A stretch of 64,000 bases of DNA from an uncultured Bacteroidota bacterium. Lineage in GTDB: Bacteria; Bacteroidota; Bacteroidia; Bacteroidales; JAAUTT01. The translations under genes and the position numbers were made by a program. The DNA lies in assembly GCA_963846585.1 (NCBI GenBank), contig CAWJWO010000013.1, positions 107,801 to 171,800 on the forward strand, in the 5' to 3' direction. The notes under the pieces were generated by a model that was given only the letters and a program-made list of their open reading frames with translations, did no database searches and was not told where the DNA came from. Below are positions 37,818 to 48,578 of this stretch, one piece after another (the first letter of the stretch is position 1; every line of letters begins with the position of its first letter).

Positions 37818-39575
37818 ATGGATTACAACTTAAATATTACCGGGACTAAAACTGAGAAAAAGAAATCAACACTGTCTTCACTAAAGAAGATATTGGATTT
37901 TATGGCGGATGAGAAAAAAACTCTTATCCTTGCTACTGTTGCTATGATGATAAATGCCGCGTTAAATTTATTGGCCCCAATGATTATAGGGCATACTATT
38001 GATAAATATGTTCAGACCAAACAATACCATGGCGTACTGGTTTTTTCGGGATTATTACTATGCATGTATATTTTGGCACTTGGCACTAATTATTTGCAGA
38101 CTATACTGATGGGGGGAGTGGGTCAGCGGATGTTGTTCAGTTTACGTAATTCAGTTTTTAATAAACTGCAGGAACTACCACTAGACTTTTTCAATCAAAA
38201 CAGGGCAGGAGATCTTATTTCAAGAATTAACAACGATACAGATAAACTAAATCAGTTTTTCTCCCAATCGTTGGTTCAATTCCTGGGAAGTATTTTTATT
38301 ATGGCAGGCGCAGCCATTTTTCTTTTATCAATTAATTTGGCACTTGGTGCCGCGGCGCTGGCTCCTGCATTATTTATCTGGTTGTTTACACGGGCAATAT
38401 CTCCTTGGGTGAAAGCCAGGAATGCTGTTAATCTTAAAAATGTCGGGGGTTTAAGTGCAGAAATTCAGGAAAGCCTTAATAATTTTAAAGTTATAATTGC
38501 TTTTAACCGTCGCGATTATTTCAGGAATAAGTTCAATGAAGCAAATCAACAGAATTATTCGTCTGCTGTTAAAGCCGGTTTGGCAAATAATATATTTAAT
38601 CCTGTTTATGGACTGGCTGCAAATTTAGGACAGTTGATTGTACTCGTGTTTGGCATATATTTGATAACCACAGGTCATTTTAGTATAGGTTTACTTATAA
38701 GTTTTCTTGCTTACATTACAAACTTTTATAATCCTCTGAGACAATTGGCTGCACTGTGGGCTAATTTTCAGATAGCCCTTGCTGCCTGGGACAGGGTTTC
38801 CCGAATTCTTATCCTGGAAAATAATTTAAAGGTTATGGAGGATTATACCGGAGTAGTTTCCTCCTCAATTCTTACTTTTAAGAATGTATCCTTTGCATAT
38901 CCGAATGGAACTGAAGTATTGCGTCATGTTAATTTTGATCTGCAAAGGGGTAAAACATATGCTTTCGTGGGGCCTACCGGAGGAGGTAAAACTACCACGG
39001 CTTCTCTTATGGCACGGCTTTATGACACTACCAAAGGGACCGTATTGCTGGATGGGAAAGATATCCGTTCTTTTACACCTCAGGAGCGTTCACAAAAAGT
39101 TGGATTTATACTACAGGAACCTTTATTATTTACAGGTACCATTCGTGAAAATATTTTATATGGCAATGAAGAAATATATACTAATGACCAATTGACAATA
39201 GCAATAGGTGAGGCAGGACTTATGAGTTTGCTCGGACGGTTTGAACAAGGACTGGATACTAAATTACAAATCTCCGGAGACGGGGTCAGCCTTGGGCAAA
39301 AGCAACTAATTGCCTTTATGCGTGCAGTATTACGTAAACCACAACTGTTAATACTGGATGAAGCTACTGCAAATATTGATACTGTGACGGAGAAGCTGTT
39401 AGATGAAATATTAAAAAAATTACCTGAAACCACAACAAGGGTAATAATCGCACATCGGTTAAATACAATTGAAAATGCTGATGAGATTTACTTCGTAAAT
39501 TCTACAAAGGTAGTCAAGGCAGGATCGCTTACAGATGCTGTTGAACTATTGTTGCACGGGAAAAGAAAAAGTTAA
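37818..39575 (+). CDS. ABC exporter subunit (TMD+NBD), consensus-site half
   Basis: GPTGGGKT, degenerate signature SLGQKQ, LILDEATA, IAHRL; forms a TM287/288-type heterodimer pair with the upstream gene. Confidence 0.92.
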   Translation: MDYNLNITGTKTEKKKSTLSSLKKILDFMADEKKTLILATVAMMINAALNLLAPMIIGHTIDKYVQTKQYHGVLVFSGLLLCMYILALGTNYLQTILMGGVGQRMLFSLRNSVFNKLQELPLDFFNQNRAGDLISRINNDTDKLNQFFSQSLVQFLGSIFIMAGAAIFLLSINLALGAAALAPALFIWLFTRAISPWVKARNAVNLKNVGGLSAEIQESLNNFKVIIAFNRRDYFRNKFNEANQQNYSSAVKAGLANNIFNPVYGLAANLGQLIVLVFGIYLITTGHFSIGLLISFLAYITNFYNPLRQLAALWANFQIALAAWDRVSRILILENNLKVMEDYTGVVSSSILTFKNVSFAYPNGTEVLRHVNFDLQRGKTYAFVGPTGGGKTTTASLMARLYDTTKGTVLLDGKDIRSFTPQERSQKVGFILQEPLLFTGTIRENILYGNEEIYTNDQLTIAIGEAGLMSLLGRFEQGLDTKLQISGDGVSLGQKQLIAFMRAVLRKPQLLILDEATANIDTVTEKLLDEILKKLPETTTRVIIAHRLNTIENADEIYFVNSTKVVKAGSLTDAVELLLHGKRKS

Positions 39576-39702
39576 TTTGAAAATTTGAAAATTTGAAAAT
39601 GATGACAAATTACTGATTACTAATTACTAATTGGTTTATAAGGTTTATAAGGTTTATAGCTTTTTTTTAACTTAATCACTTAATCACTTTTAACCTGCAA
39701 CC
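39574..39702. repeat. Composite of 8-, 7- and 9-mer arrays
   Basis: AATTTGAA x3, TTACT(G/A)A x3, GGTTTATAA about x3, TTAATCAC x2, AACCTGC. Confidence 0.85.
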
Positions 39703-39823
39703 GAATATTATTATATCAATAATTAATTTGCCTATGGAGTTGACATAGATTTTTAATATTATTGCATCTGAATTCTGGTAATATACTAACAGGCTAAAGC
39801 CTAAAGCCTAAATACCTTTAAAA

Positions 39824-41716
39824 ATGAGAAAATGGCGTATTGAAGACTCTGCGGAGCTTTATAATATAACCGGTTGGGGTGTTAATTATTTTTCTATTAA
39901 TGAAAAAGGAAATGTTACCGTTACTCCTCAAAAAAACGGTGCTTCGGTAGATCTGAAGGAACTAATTGATGATTTAAGGCTCTCGGATGTTTCCGCACCC
40001 ATGCTGATAAGGTTTCCAGATATTCTTGACGACAGGATTATAAGCATTTCAAGTTGCTTTAAATCGGCTTCGGAGGAATACGGCTATAAAGGTCAGAATT
40101 TCATCATTTATCCTATTAAGGTTAATCAGATGAGGCCTGTGGTTGAAGAAATTGTCAGTCATGGTAAAAAGTTCAATATTGGCCTGGAAGCCGGTTCAAA
40201 ACCGGAACTTCATGCTGTTATTGCTATAAATACAGATCCTGAATCACTTATCATTTGCAATGGTTATAAAGATGAAGATTATATTGAGCTTGCATTGCTT
40301 GCTCAAAAGATGGGCAAACGGATATTTTTAGTGGTGGAAAAGTTAAACGAACTTAAACTTATAAACACTATATCAAAAAGGTTAAAAATTAAACCGAATA
40401 TAGGTATTCGAATTAAACTGGCAAGTTCGGGAAGCGGCAAATGGGAGGATTCAGGCGGTGATGTAAGCAAATTCGGGTTAACTTCGAGTGAATTACTTGA
40501 AGCTCTTGATTTTATTGATAAAAACAAGATGCACCAATGTCTTAAACTTATTCATTTTCACATTGGCAGCCAGGTTACAAAAATAAGACGTATTAAGATT
40601 GCTCTTAATGAGGCGTCACAATTTTATGTTCAGTTGCGAAAAATGGGATTTAATGTAGAATTTGTCGATATTGGAGGAGGTTTGGGTGTTGATTATGATG
40701 GTACAGGTTCATCCAACAGCGAAAGCAGTATTAATTATTCTATCCAGGAATATGTAAACGACTCGATAAGCACTTTTGTCGATGCAAGCAACAAAAGTAA
40801 CATACCACACCCCAATATTATTACTGAATCGGGCCGGTCCCTTACTGCCCACCATTCGGTGCTGATATTCGAAGTACTTGAAACTACGACATTACCCTCA
40901 TGGGATGAAGAAGAAGTCATAACTGAAAATGATCATGAGTTGGTTAAGGAATTATACCGGTTGTGGGATACCATGAATCAGCCACGTATGCTGGAAACAT
41001 GGCACGATGCCCAGCAAATACGTGAAGAGGCCCTCGATAAATTTGGATTTGGAATTATTGACCTTAAAACCAGGGCTCAGGTGGAACGTCTTTTTTGGAC
41101 TGTTGCCCGCGAGATTTATCAAATGTCTATCGAGATTAAACATGTCCCTGAAGATTTACGGCAATTATCCAGGCTTCTTTCCGATAAATATTTTTGCAAC
41201 TTCTCACTTTTCCAGTCACTTCCTGATTCATGGGCAATAGATCAGATTTTTCCAATAATGCCCATACACAGGTTAGACGAATCGCCTTCACGATCAGCTA
41301 CTTTACAGGATATTACCTGCGATTCGGATGGTAAAATTGACAATTTTATTACTGCACGTAATTCATCATATCATCTTCCAGTCCATTCACTTAAAGGCAA
41401 AGAACCATATTATATGGGAGTTTTTCTTGTTGGCGCTTACCAGGAAATTTTGGGCGACCTCCACAACCTTTTTGGGGATACAAATGCAGTACATGTTAGT
41501 GTGGATGAAAACGGATATAGTATAGATCAGGTTATTGACGGGGAAACCGTTGCTGAAGTCCTGGAATATGTTCAGTACAATCCCAAAAAAATGGTACGTA
41601 CTGTTGAAACATGGGTAACAAGTTCAGTAAAAGCCGGAATTATTACTATTGAAGAAGGGAAGGAGTTTCTATCCAATTATCGTTCAGGGCTTTATGGATA
41701 CACGTATTTAGAATAA
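39824..41716 (+). CDS. speA: Biosynthetic arginine decarboxylase
   Basis: YPIKVNQ, GLEAGSKPEL, CNGYKD, SKFGL, HFHIGSQ, DIGGGLGVDYDG, NFSLFQSLPDSW, DITCDSDG, GAYQEILGDLHNLFG. Confidence 0.97.
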   Translation: MRKWRIEDSAELYNITGWGVNYFSINEKGNVTVTPQKNGASVDLKELIDDLRLSDVSAPMLIRFPDILDDRIISISSCFKSASEEYGYKGQNFIIYPIKVNQMRPVVEEIVSHGKKFNIGLEAGSKPELHAVIAINTDPESLIICNGYKDEDYIELALLAQKMGKRIFLVVEKLNELKLINTISKRLKIKPNIGIRIKLASSGSGKWEDSGGDVSKFGLTSSELLEALDFIDKNKMHQCLKLIHFHIGSQVTKIRRIKIALNEASQFYVQLRKMGFNVEFVDIGGGLGVDYDGTGSSNSESSINYSIQEYVNDSISTFVDASNKSNIPHPNIITESGRSLTAHHSVLIFEVLETTTLPSWDEEEVITENDHELVKELYRLWDTMNQPRMLETWHDAQQIREEALDKFGFGIIDLKTRAQVERLFWTVAREIYQMSIEIKHVPEDLRQLSRLLSDKYFCNFSLFQSLPDSWAIDQIFPIMPIHRLDESPSRSATLQDITCDSDGKIDNFITARNSSYHLPVHSLKGKEPYYMGVFLVGAYQEILGDLHNLFGDTNAVHVSVDENGYSIDQVIDGETVAEVLEYVQYNPKKMVRTVETWVTSSVKAGIITIEEGKEFLSNYRSGLYGYTYLE

Positions 41717-41717
41717 C

Positions 41718-41922
41718 AGAACCAGGAACCATCCTTCGACTTAGCTCAGGAACCAAGAGCCAGGAGCCAAGATAAAAGAAGGCAGATGACAGAAAATAAT
41801 TTGTAAATTTAAAAATGTGCAAATTTAAAGATGAAAATTATTTATACAACTTTAACATAATCTAAAGTCTTGGTTCCTGGTTCTTGGTTCCTGAGCTAAG
41901 TCGAAGGATGGTTCCTGGCTCT
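41718..41922. repeat. 55-bp inverted arms with a 95-bp spacer between convergent genes
   Basis: 41718-41772 versus reverse complement of 41868-41922: 52/55 identical; arms are AACCARG units with an embedded CCTTCGACTTAGCTCAGG. Confidence 0.93.
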
Positions 41923-41934
41923 AATAATTAATAA

Positions 41935-44025
41935 TCAATTTGCCTTACTCAACACTTTGAATTCCACCCTCCGGTTCAATTGTCTGCCGGCAGCAGTTGT
42001 ATTAGGTGCAATTGGTTGTTTGAGGCCATATCCCCTGTATATAAGATGTTCCTGGGGAATTTTATGACCAATAAGGTAATCTACAACTGCCTTGGCCCTG
42101 TTTTCTGAAAGGATCATATTAGCATAAGGTGATCCCTGATTATCAGTATGGCCTGATATTTCAATCTTAAGATCGGAATTTTCCTGCATAAATTTTACTA
42201 CTTTATCGAGTTCTTCGTATGATTTAGGTTTTAGTATTGATTTACCCGAATCGAAATAGATGTTCTTAAGTACAATTTTCGATCCTACCTCTATTTTATT
42301 TAATGCGAAATTCTTCACTATTTCCATTCCCTGAAATTCTGAAGGGCTTATTTTTACTACATCCAGAAAGAACATGTAATCCTTGGCATGGATTTCAATG
42401 CCATAATTTTTACATTGAGGGAGTTTGCTTCTATAATTCCCGAAACTGTCGGATAAGGTAGTGGAAACTACCTGACTTTTTTCTGCATCAATAAGATCGA
42501 TTTTGGCAATCAGCGGGCTATTTGTTTTACTGTCAGTTATGGTACCACGCATATAAAATGTAGTATCAATATTTATTGTTTCGGGTTTCCGGGCGAAAAT
42601 ATCTGAAATTGGTTTGTTAAAGTAAGCAACTATCTGTTCATCGGTAGTCAATATCATTTCTTGTTCACTGCCCATGTAACTTATTTTATAAATATCATAT
42701 CCACCGCGGGTGTCGGGGCGAATAGAAGAGTAATAAGCATATTTTCCATCAGCCGAAGGACGGTAAAACAGTTCATTGTCGGGAGTGTTGATCGGATAAC
42801 CAAGATTTACAGGTTTTTGCCAATTGCCATTAGCATCTTTTTCAGATCGGAAAATATCATACCCTCCCATGCTATTATGTCCTTTCGAACTAAAATACAA
42901 AACATTGCCGTCGGGCTGAACATAAACAGCATCTTCATCATATTTTGTATTAATAACGTTACCAATGTTTTGTGGACTTTGCCATTTGCCATTTTTACCT
43001 TTTGTACAAAAGAAAATATCTTTACCACCAAAACTTTCATTTTTTTCATTGCTTACGAAATAAATGGTGTTACCATCGGCTGTAATGCTGAAAGAAGATT
43101 CAGTCATATCGGTATTAAATCCCTTGCCGATTTTTTTAGGGAAAGTCCAATTGTTGTTCTTAAATGTTGAAACCAGAATATTTGAGGATTTTTTATATCC
43201 ATCATATAGATATCGTGTTAACCCATCAGGCGAAACCCAAACTATGGCATCATTATGTTTTGTATTAAATCCTTCGTCGTAAAGGTAACTGGCATTAGTC
43301 CATTTTCCTGATTTATTTGTCGATGTATAAATATCCTCATCAAACATATAATTTAGCTTATCAGGTTTTTGTTTTTTATTTTTTGGGCGTCGGGAAGTAA
43401 AAAACATCAATGAATCTTTGTGTACTAATAATGCGTTATAATCGTCGTATTTCGAATTTACAGAGTCGCCTGCGTTAGTAATAACTACTCTGACAGGATT
43501 ATTAACCAGGGCCTTGCCTGAATTGCATTCATCAATGCATTTGTATACCATCGTGGAAAATTTTTCCTGGTCCCGTTTTTTTAATGATTTATAGAATGCT
43601 TCATATTGTTCAATTGCTTTATCGAATTGCATGTTAAACTGATAAGCCTTCCCGATCATGTATTGGATATCTCCTGCAACGTTGGGATATTTGTTATAAG
43701 CCATTTTAAAATAATCAATTGCTTTTGATTTATAGTCTGAACGAAGGTAACAGAGTGCAATTTTATAATTCAGTTCAGGACAATCCTTATTATATTCTGC
43801 CGCTTTTAAATAAAATTCCAAAGCTTTTGGGATAGCTCCTTTCCCTTTTTTTGCCCAGGCATCTCCATCAAGAACATTCTGATAAGCTTCGAGGAAACCT
43901 TCACGTTTTACTTTTAAGGTTGACCTGCGTATACTTATTTCATTTTGGGCAGTTATATTGTCAGAAAATAGCAAGTACAGGAATATACTTACAAATGAAA
44001 TTTTAAGGAAGGTTTGATAGTTCAT
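41935..44025 (-). CDS. OmpA-family protein with TPR, PD40 and carboxypeptidase-regulatory domains (PorE-like architecture)
   Basis: TPRs; PD40 repeats (GGKDIF, GGYDIF, NLGYPINTPDNE); OmpA_C motifs NIYFDSGKS, EISGHTD, LSENRAKAV, NRRVEF. Confidence 0.9.
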   Translation of the reverse strand: MNYQTFLKISFVSIFLYLLFSDNITAQNEISIRRSTLKVKREGFLEAYQNVLDGDAWAKKGKGAIPKALEFYLKAAEYNKDCPELNYKIALCYLRSDYKSKAIDYFKMAYNKYPNVAGDIQYMIGKAYQFNMQFDKAIEQYEAFYKSLKKRDQEKFSTMVYKCIDECNSGKALVNNPVRVVITNAGDSVNSKYDDYNALLVHKDSLMFFTSRRPKNKKQKPDKLNYMFDEDIYTSTNKSGKWTNASYLYDEGFNTKHNDAIVWVSPDGLTRYLYDGYKKSSNILVSTFKNNNWTFPKKIGKGFNTDMTESSFSITADGNTIYFVSNEKNESFGGKDIFFCTKGKNGKWQSPQNIGNVINTKYDEDAVYVQPDGNVLYFSSKGHNSMGGYDIFRSEKDANGNWQKPVNLGYPINTPDNELFYRPSADGKYAYYSSIRPDTRGGYDIYKISYMGSEQEMILTTDEQIVAYFNKPISDIFARKPETINIDTTFYMRGTITDSKTNSPLIAKIDLIDAEKSQVVSTTLSDSFGNYRSKLPQCKNYGIEIHAKDYMFFLDVVKISPSEFQGMEIVKNFALNKIEVGSKIVLKNIYFDSGKSILKPKSYEELDKVVKFMQENSDLKIEISGHTDNQGSPYANMILSENRAKAVVDYLIGHKIPQEHLIYRGYGLKQPIAPNTTAAGRQLNRRVEFKVLSKAN

Positions 44026-44044
44026 TTTATTTTATTTTAATTTT

Positions 44045-45103
44045 TTATTTGCAATCCTTAAGGAATTTGGATGCCTGATCCACACCAAGTTTATCAGCAA
44101 GTTTCCAATCATTACATGCTCCATCCATATCGCCCTTTAATTCTTTAATGTATCCTCTGTTTATGTATGCCTCACCATAATCACCATTAAGTTCAATAAT
44201 TTTATTCAGGGTAGCCAGAGCATTTTCGTAATCTTTTTCATATGTCAATGCAACAGCCAGGTTATTCATGGCTGAGAAATTTCCGGGATTAATTTTTAAT
44301 GCTTTATTAAAATCTTCGATTGCTTCTTTATTTTTTCCTGATTTATATTTTGCCTGCCCACGGTTATTGTAACATATTATACAGGCAGAATCCAGTTGAA
44401 TTGATGTTGTAAAGGAAGTTACAGCACCCTGTAAATCGTTAAGTTCGAGTTGTACCATACCCATATTATTATAAGCTAATGGAAAATCAGGTTGATATTC
44501 TATCGCTTTTTCATAATCGTTCAAAGCACCTTTAAAGTCTTTCATTTTATATTTGGCACTGGCTCTGTCGTGATATGCATAAGAAAAATTATATCGTTTA
44601 TCAATAGCAAAAGTGAAATCGATAATTGCGCTACTGTAATCCTCTTTTATCAGGCTTATTACCCCCCTCTGGTAATAGAGCATAGGTTCTGTGAAACCGA
44701 ATGCTATAGCTTTGGTAAAGTCCTCAACTGCCTGATTGTATAAATTTTTTCGAAAATTTATAGTTCCTCTTATATATAAAGCTTCGCCTGAATTAGGATC
44801 TAACAGGATACATTTATTAATATCAGTCAGAGCTTCGTCTTTTTTATCCAGGCTAAGTTCAACTTTTCCACGTTCAAGATAAGCTTTACTGACGCCGGTA
44901 TTACTACGAATGTATTCATTCAAATACTTTAAAGCTTCTGCAAAACTGTCAACTTTAATACATTGAACAGCTTTGTTAAAATACTTTACAGATTTGTATT
45001 CATCATATAGATTGTGGCCGGGAAATGCGGTTGACTTAGTGACTTGTGAATTACAAATAAGTGCATTAAGACAAACAAAAATAAAAATATAAATTCGTTT
45101 CAT
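44045..45103 (-). CDS. Exported tetratricopeptide repeat protein
   Basis: About 8 TPRs (AYHDRASAK, AYNNMG, YNNRG), ending GACNDWKLADKLG; start set at MKRIYIF. Confidence 0.9.
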   Translation of the reverse strand: MKRIYIFIFVCLNALICNSQVTKSTAFPGHNLYDEYKSVKYFNKAVQCIKVDSFAEALKYLNEYIRSNTGVSKAYLERGKVELSLDKKDEALTDINKCILLDPNSGEALYIRGTINFRKNLYNQAVEDFTKAIAFGFTEPMLYYQRGVISLIKEDYSSAIIDFTFAIDKRYNFSYAYHDRASAKYKMKDFKGALNDYEKAIEYQPDFPLAYNNMGMVQLELNDLQGAVTSFTTSIQLDSACIICYNNRGQAKYKSGKNKEAIEDFNKALKINPGNFSAMNNLAVALTYEKDYENALATLNKIIELNGDYGEAYINRGYIKELKGDMDGACNDWKLADKLGVDQASKFLKDCK

Positions 45104-45270
45104 GAACAGGGCTTTAAGGGTTAGAAATATAAAACCAGAAACCATGCTAATTTAATCAGATTTTCTGATTCTTATAAAAAACAAGATACATAAAAAATCA
45201 AAATTCTCAAATCATTACTATATTTATATAAATTTTGAACTATATTTAAATTATAAAATAAAGGTTAATT

Positions 45271-45612
45271 ATGGTAACTGATTTAACGTATCTTACAAGC
45301 ATGGCAGGTGGTAATCCTGAAATAATTAAAGAGATGATCCAGATTTTTATTGAGCAGGTGGAAGAATATATAAAGGAAATGCATAAGTACCTGGATGAAA
45401 AAGATTATATTTCCCTGGGGAAGCTTGCTCATAAATCAAAATCTTCTGTTGCTATTATGGGAATGAATGATCTTGCTACAGAATTAAAAACTCTTGAATT
45501 GCTTGCTAAAGAAAGCAAAGAACCTGAAAAGTATTCAATGATGGTAGAAAACTTTGAATCACAATGTAAAACTGCCATATCAGAACTTCAGGAATCTAAG
45601 ATTAAATTATAA
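45271..45612 (+). CDS. Stand-alone Hpt domain protein
   Basis: DLTYL..MAGGNPE...LAHKSKSSVAIMG. Confidence 0.88.
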   Translation: MVTDLTYLTSMAGGNPEIIKEMIQIFIEQVEEYIKEMHKYLDEKDYISLGKLAHKSKSSVAIMGMNDLATELKTLELLAKESKEPEKYSMMVENFESQCKTAISELQESKIKL

Positions 45613-45631
45613 ACATTAACTTTAGCAAACC

Positions 45632-45970
45632 ATGTTGAAGATAGTCAATATCAATAATATTAATGTTGCTTCATTTGAATATATCAGCAGGTTTAATTCA
45701 CTAATCACTGATGCTGTTAAGGAACAATTAAATAATTTGTATAATAAACCAAATAACAGATTAATTTTGAATCTTGACGGAATAAAATTTATAGATAGTT
45801 CCGGTTTTGGTGTTTTATTATCTGTAATGAAAACAGCCAGTATTAATTTCGGTCAATTTAAATTATGCAGTATTAATAAAGAAGTACTTGATCTTTTCAA
45901 ACTCCTTCAATTACAAAATGTTTTTGAAATATATAATAACTTAGACGACTGTCTTAACAGTTTTAAATAA
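45632..45970 (+). CDS. STAS domain protein (anti-sigma factor antagonist)
   Basis: LILNLDGIKFIDSSGFGVL motif. Confidence 0.9.
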   Translation: MLKIVNINNINVASFEYISRFNSLITDAVKEQLNNLYNKPNNRLILNLDGIKFIDSSGFGVLLSVMKTASINFGQFKLCSINKEVLDLFKLLQLQNVFEIYNNLDDCLNSFK

Positions 45971-45973
45971 AAT

Positions 45974-46158
45974 AGTCGTAAGTCGTAAGTCGTAAGTCGT
46001 AAGTCGTAAGAAATTTATTTAAATATTCGCAAGTAGTGAGTTGAATTTAAAGCTCAGGTGAAATTGATGAACAAATAAAATGCGATATTTGTGACCAACA
46101 ACCAACAACCAACAACTAAAAACCAACAACTAACAACTAACAACTAAAAACCAGTAAC
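45974..46158. repeat. AGTCGTA x5 (left) and AACAAC(C/T)-like x9 (right)
   Basis: 45974-46008 and about 46094-46158, flanking a short unique core. Confidence 0.9.
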
Positions 46159-46166
46159 GAATAATT

Positions 46167-47477
46167 ATGGAACAAAATATTCTTACAGAGAGAATTAAAT
46201 CTGATCTGCTGCGTCCTGTAGGATTTAACAAAGGATTTTATATCTGGATGGCTTTTCTTGCAATTGCATTATTAATTTGTTTATATGCATATACAATTCA
46301 GTTAAGGTTAGGTCTTGGTGTTACAGGTATGAGTGATTTTGTGTCATGGGGCATATATATATCCAATTTTGTATTTTTTGTTGCTTCAAGCCTTATCGGA
46401 ATGCTTATAAGTGCAGTACTCGGCCTTTCAGGTGTAAAATGGATAACACCATTGACGAGAATTGCTGAAATAATAGCTTTAGCTTTTGCTGCGGTTGCCG
46501 GTTTGGTAATTGTATCAGATATGGGTCGTCCGGAAAGGCTTTTATATGTTTTTATGGATGCAAGGGTACAATCGCCGATATTATGGGATGTAACAGTTGT
46601 AACCACATATGTTGTAATAAGTGCCTTGCTTTTATATATTCCGTTGATCCCCGATTTGGTTATTTGCCTGGAAAAACTTGATTCTGCTCCTAAATGGCAG
46701 CGTTGGATTTATAAAACATTATCCCTTAACTGGAAAAATTATCCGTCTCAAATGTCAATTATTCAAAAATCTATGAGGATTTTACTAATTCTAATAATCC
46801 CTGTAGCATTATCAATACATACGGTTACATCATGGTTATTTGCCTCTACTCTTCGGCCGGGTTGGAACAGTACCATTTTTGGCCCTTATTTTGTTACCGG
46901 AGCATTTGTTGCCGGTTGCGCTGCTGTAATAATAGCGATGTATTTTTTCCGTAAAAATTATAAATTACATAATTACATTAAATGTGAACATTTCGATAAT
47001 ATGGGCAAATTATTAGTATTGGCTTCACTTGTTTATTTATATTTTAATATCAATGAATTTCTTGTTCCTGGATATAAACTTGAAAAGGCTGACTCTGTTC
47101 ATCTTATGGATTTGTTTGTTGGTCGGTATGCCGTTATGTTTTGGAGTACACAGATATTAGGATTGATACTACCTATTATATTGTTATTGTTTAAACGAAT
47201 GAGAAAACCTTTACCAATATTAATTATTGCAATATTTGTTTTTGCGGGGGCTTGGTTTAAACGTTACATAATAGTGATTCCGACTATGGAACGCCCATTT
47301 CTGCCTATTCAATATGTTCCTGAGAGGTTTAAATTTTATTCACCGACCCTCATTGAAATTGCAATTACACTGGCTTCCTTTATTCTGGTATTAATGATTA
47401 TAACAATTCTTTCGAAGTTATTTCCTATTGTTCCCGTAGCGGAAACCATTCATGAAAGAGATAATCCAAAGTCATAA
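46167..47477 (+). CDS. nrfD: NrfD/PsrC/ActC-family quinol-interacting membrane subunit
   Basis: WGIYISNFVFFV, RIAE, DMGRPER, SPILWD, HTVTSW, RPGWNSTIFGPYFV; about 10 TM helices. Confidence 0.88.
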   Translation: MEQNILTERIKSDLLRPVGFNKGFYIWMAFLAIALLICLYAYTIQLRLGLGVTGMSDFVSWGIYISNFVFFVASSLIGMLISAVLGLSGVKWITPLTRIAEIIALAFAAVAGLVIVSDMGRPERLLYVFMDARVQSPILWDVTVVTTYVVISALLLYIPLIPDLVICLEKLDSAPKWQRWIYKTLSLNWKNYPSQMSIIQKSMRILLILIIPVALSIHTVTSWLFASTLRPGWNSTIFGPYFVTGAFVAGCAAVIIAMYFFRKNYKLHNYIKCEHFDNMGKLLVLASLVYLYFNINEFLVPGYKLEKADSVHLMDLFVGRYAVMFWSTQILGLILPIILLLFKRMRKPLPILIIAIFVFAGAWFKRYIIVIPTMERPFLPIQYVPERFKFYSPTLIEIAITLASFILVLMIITILSKLFPIVPVAETIHERDNPKS

Positions 47478-47482
47478 TTTTT

Positions 47483-48418
47483 ATGAAAAAACTGAATCTG
47501 TTATTGTTAGTTGGTGGCTTTATTTTTTTAATGCTTAAGGTTTCGGCTCAGCAGTGGGATGTACCTGCAGATAAAAAAGACAAAAATAGCCCTTTCCGGT
47601 TTACGGCTGAAACTTCAGTTAAGGGAGAATCGGTTTTTAAACAAAATTGCCAGGTTTGTCATGGTGAACCTACAAAAGGGACATATAATAAAGGTCTTAT
47701 TCCCGTTCCGGGTGATCCTGCGACGGATAAATTCCAGAAACAAACAGACGGGGCATTATTTTATAAAATTACAACCGGTCGTGGGGCCATGCCACAGTTC
47801 AGGGACATCTTAACGGAAGAACAGCGCTGGCAGGCAATATCGTATTTCAGAAGTTTTAATAAAAGCTATGTACAACCTGAAAATGAATTAAAAGAGGGAT
47901 CATCTGTTGAAGTGCAAAATGTATTTCTTTCCCTTACGTTTATTCCTGTTAATAATCAGGTTAAAGCGTTAGCAACTGATAAATATAATAAACCGGTAAG
48001 GGGAGCAGAAGTCGGATTATTTGTAAAACGCTATTTTGGCAAAATGAAAATTGGAGAGTCGGTTAATACTGATTCGGAAGGTATAGCAGTATTTGATTTT
48101 CCTAAAGATTTGCCGGGAGATAAAAAGGGGAACGTTATTATTATCGCCGATATTAACATCGGAGGTACTGATATACAAAAAATTGATACTTTTTCTATAG
48201 GAATCCCTACAAATAAACCTCCTTTAACAAGTGGACATGCAATGTGGAATGTAATGTCAAAAGCACCTGTTTGGCTATTACTCAGCTATTTTATTGTAGT
48301 AGCTGTAATTTGGGGATTTATTATTTTTATTGTAATGCAATTGGTTAAGCTTAGAAAAAGAGGACAGATGACAGAGGACAGAGAACAGAAGACAGAAGAG
48401 GTGAGACGTGAGACATAG
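47483..48418 (+). CDS. Membrane-anchored monoheme cytochrome c
   Basis: Signal peptide, CQVCH, distal Met in GAMP, Ig-like middle domain, C-terminal TM helix; tail encoded by repeats. Confidence 0.88.
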   Translation: MKKLNLLLLVGGFIFLMLKVSAQQWDVPADKKDKNSPFRFTAETSVKGESVFKQNCQVCHGEPTKGTYNKGLIPVPGDPATDKFQKQTDGALFYKITTGRGAMPQFRDILTEEQRWQAISYFRSFNKSYVQPENELKEGSSVEVQNVFLSLTFIPVNNQVKALATDKYNKPVRGAEVGLFVKRYFGKMKIGESVNTDSEGIAVFDFPKDLPGDKKGNVIIIADINIGGTDIQKIDTFSIGIPTNKPPLTSGHAMWNVMSKAPVWLLLSYFIVVAVIWGFIIFIVMQLVKLRKRGQMTEDREQKTEEVRRET

Positions 48419-48530
48419 GACGTGAATACATGCAACATGCAACCTGCAACACATATACAAATAAACGTATAAATCTTATAAACCTTATAAACCTTATAAA
48501 CGCATAAACATATAAACTCATAAACCTTTA
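48360..48530. repeat. Composite array overlapping the cytochrome c 3' end
   Basis: AGAGGAC/AGAAGAC-like x6, GTGAGAC x2, AACATGC/AACCTGC, ATAAAC-based 8/9-mers. Confidence 0.9.
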
Positions 48531-48578
48531 ACAATAAGTATTCCAAATACAATAATATCAATAAAGTTAGATACTGCT

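Noticed and set aside
28438-48561. ORFs 28438..28686, 33186..33392, 48278..48460 and 48286..48561
   Set aside because: They span repeat arrays and overlap real genes on the opposite strand, with no recognisable motifs.
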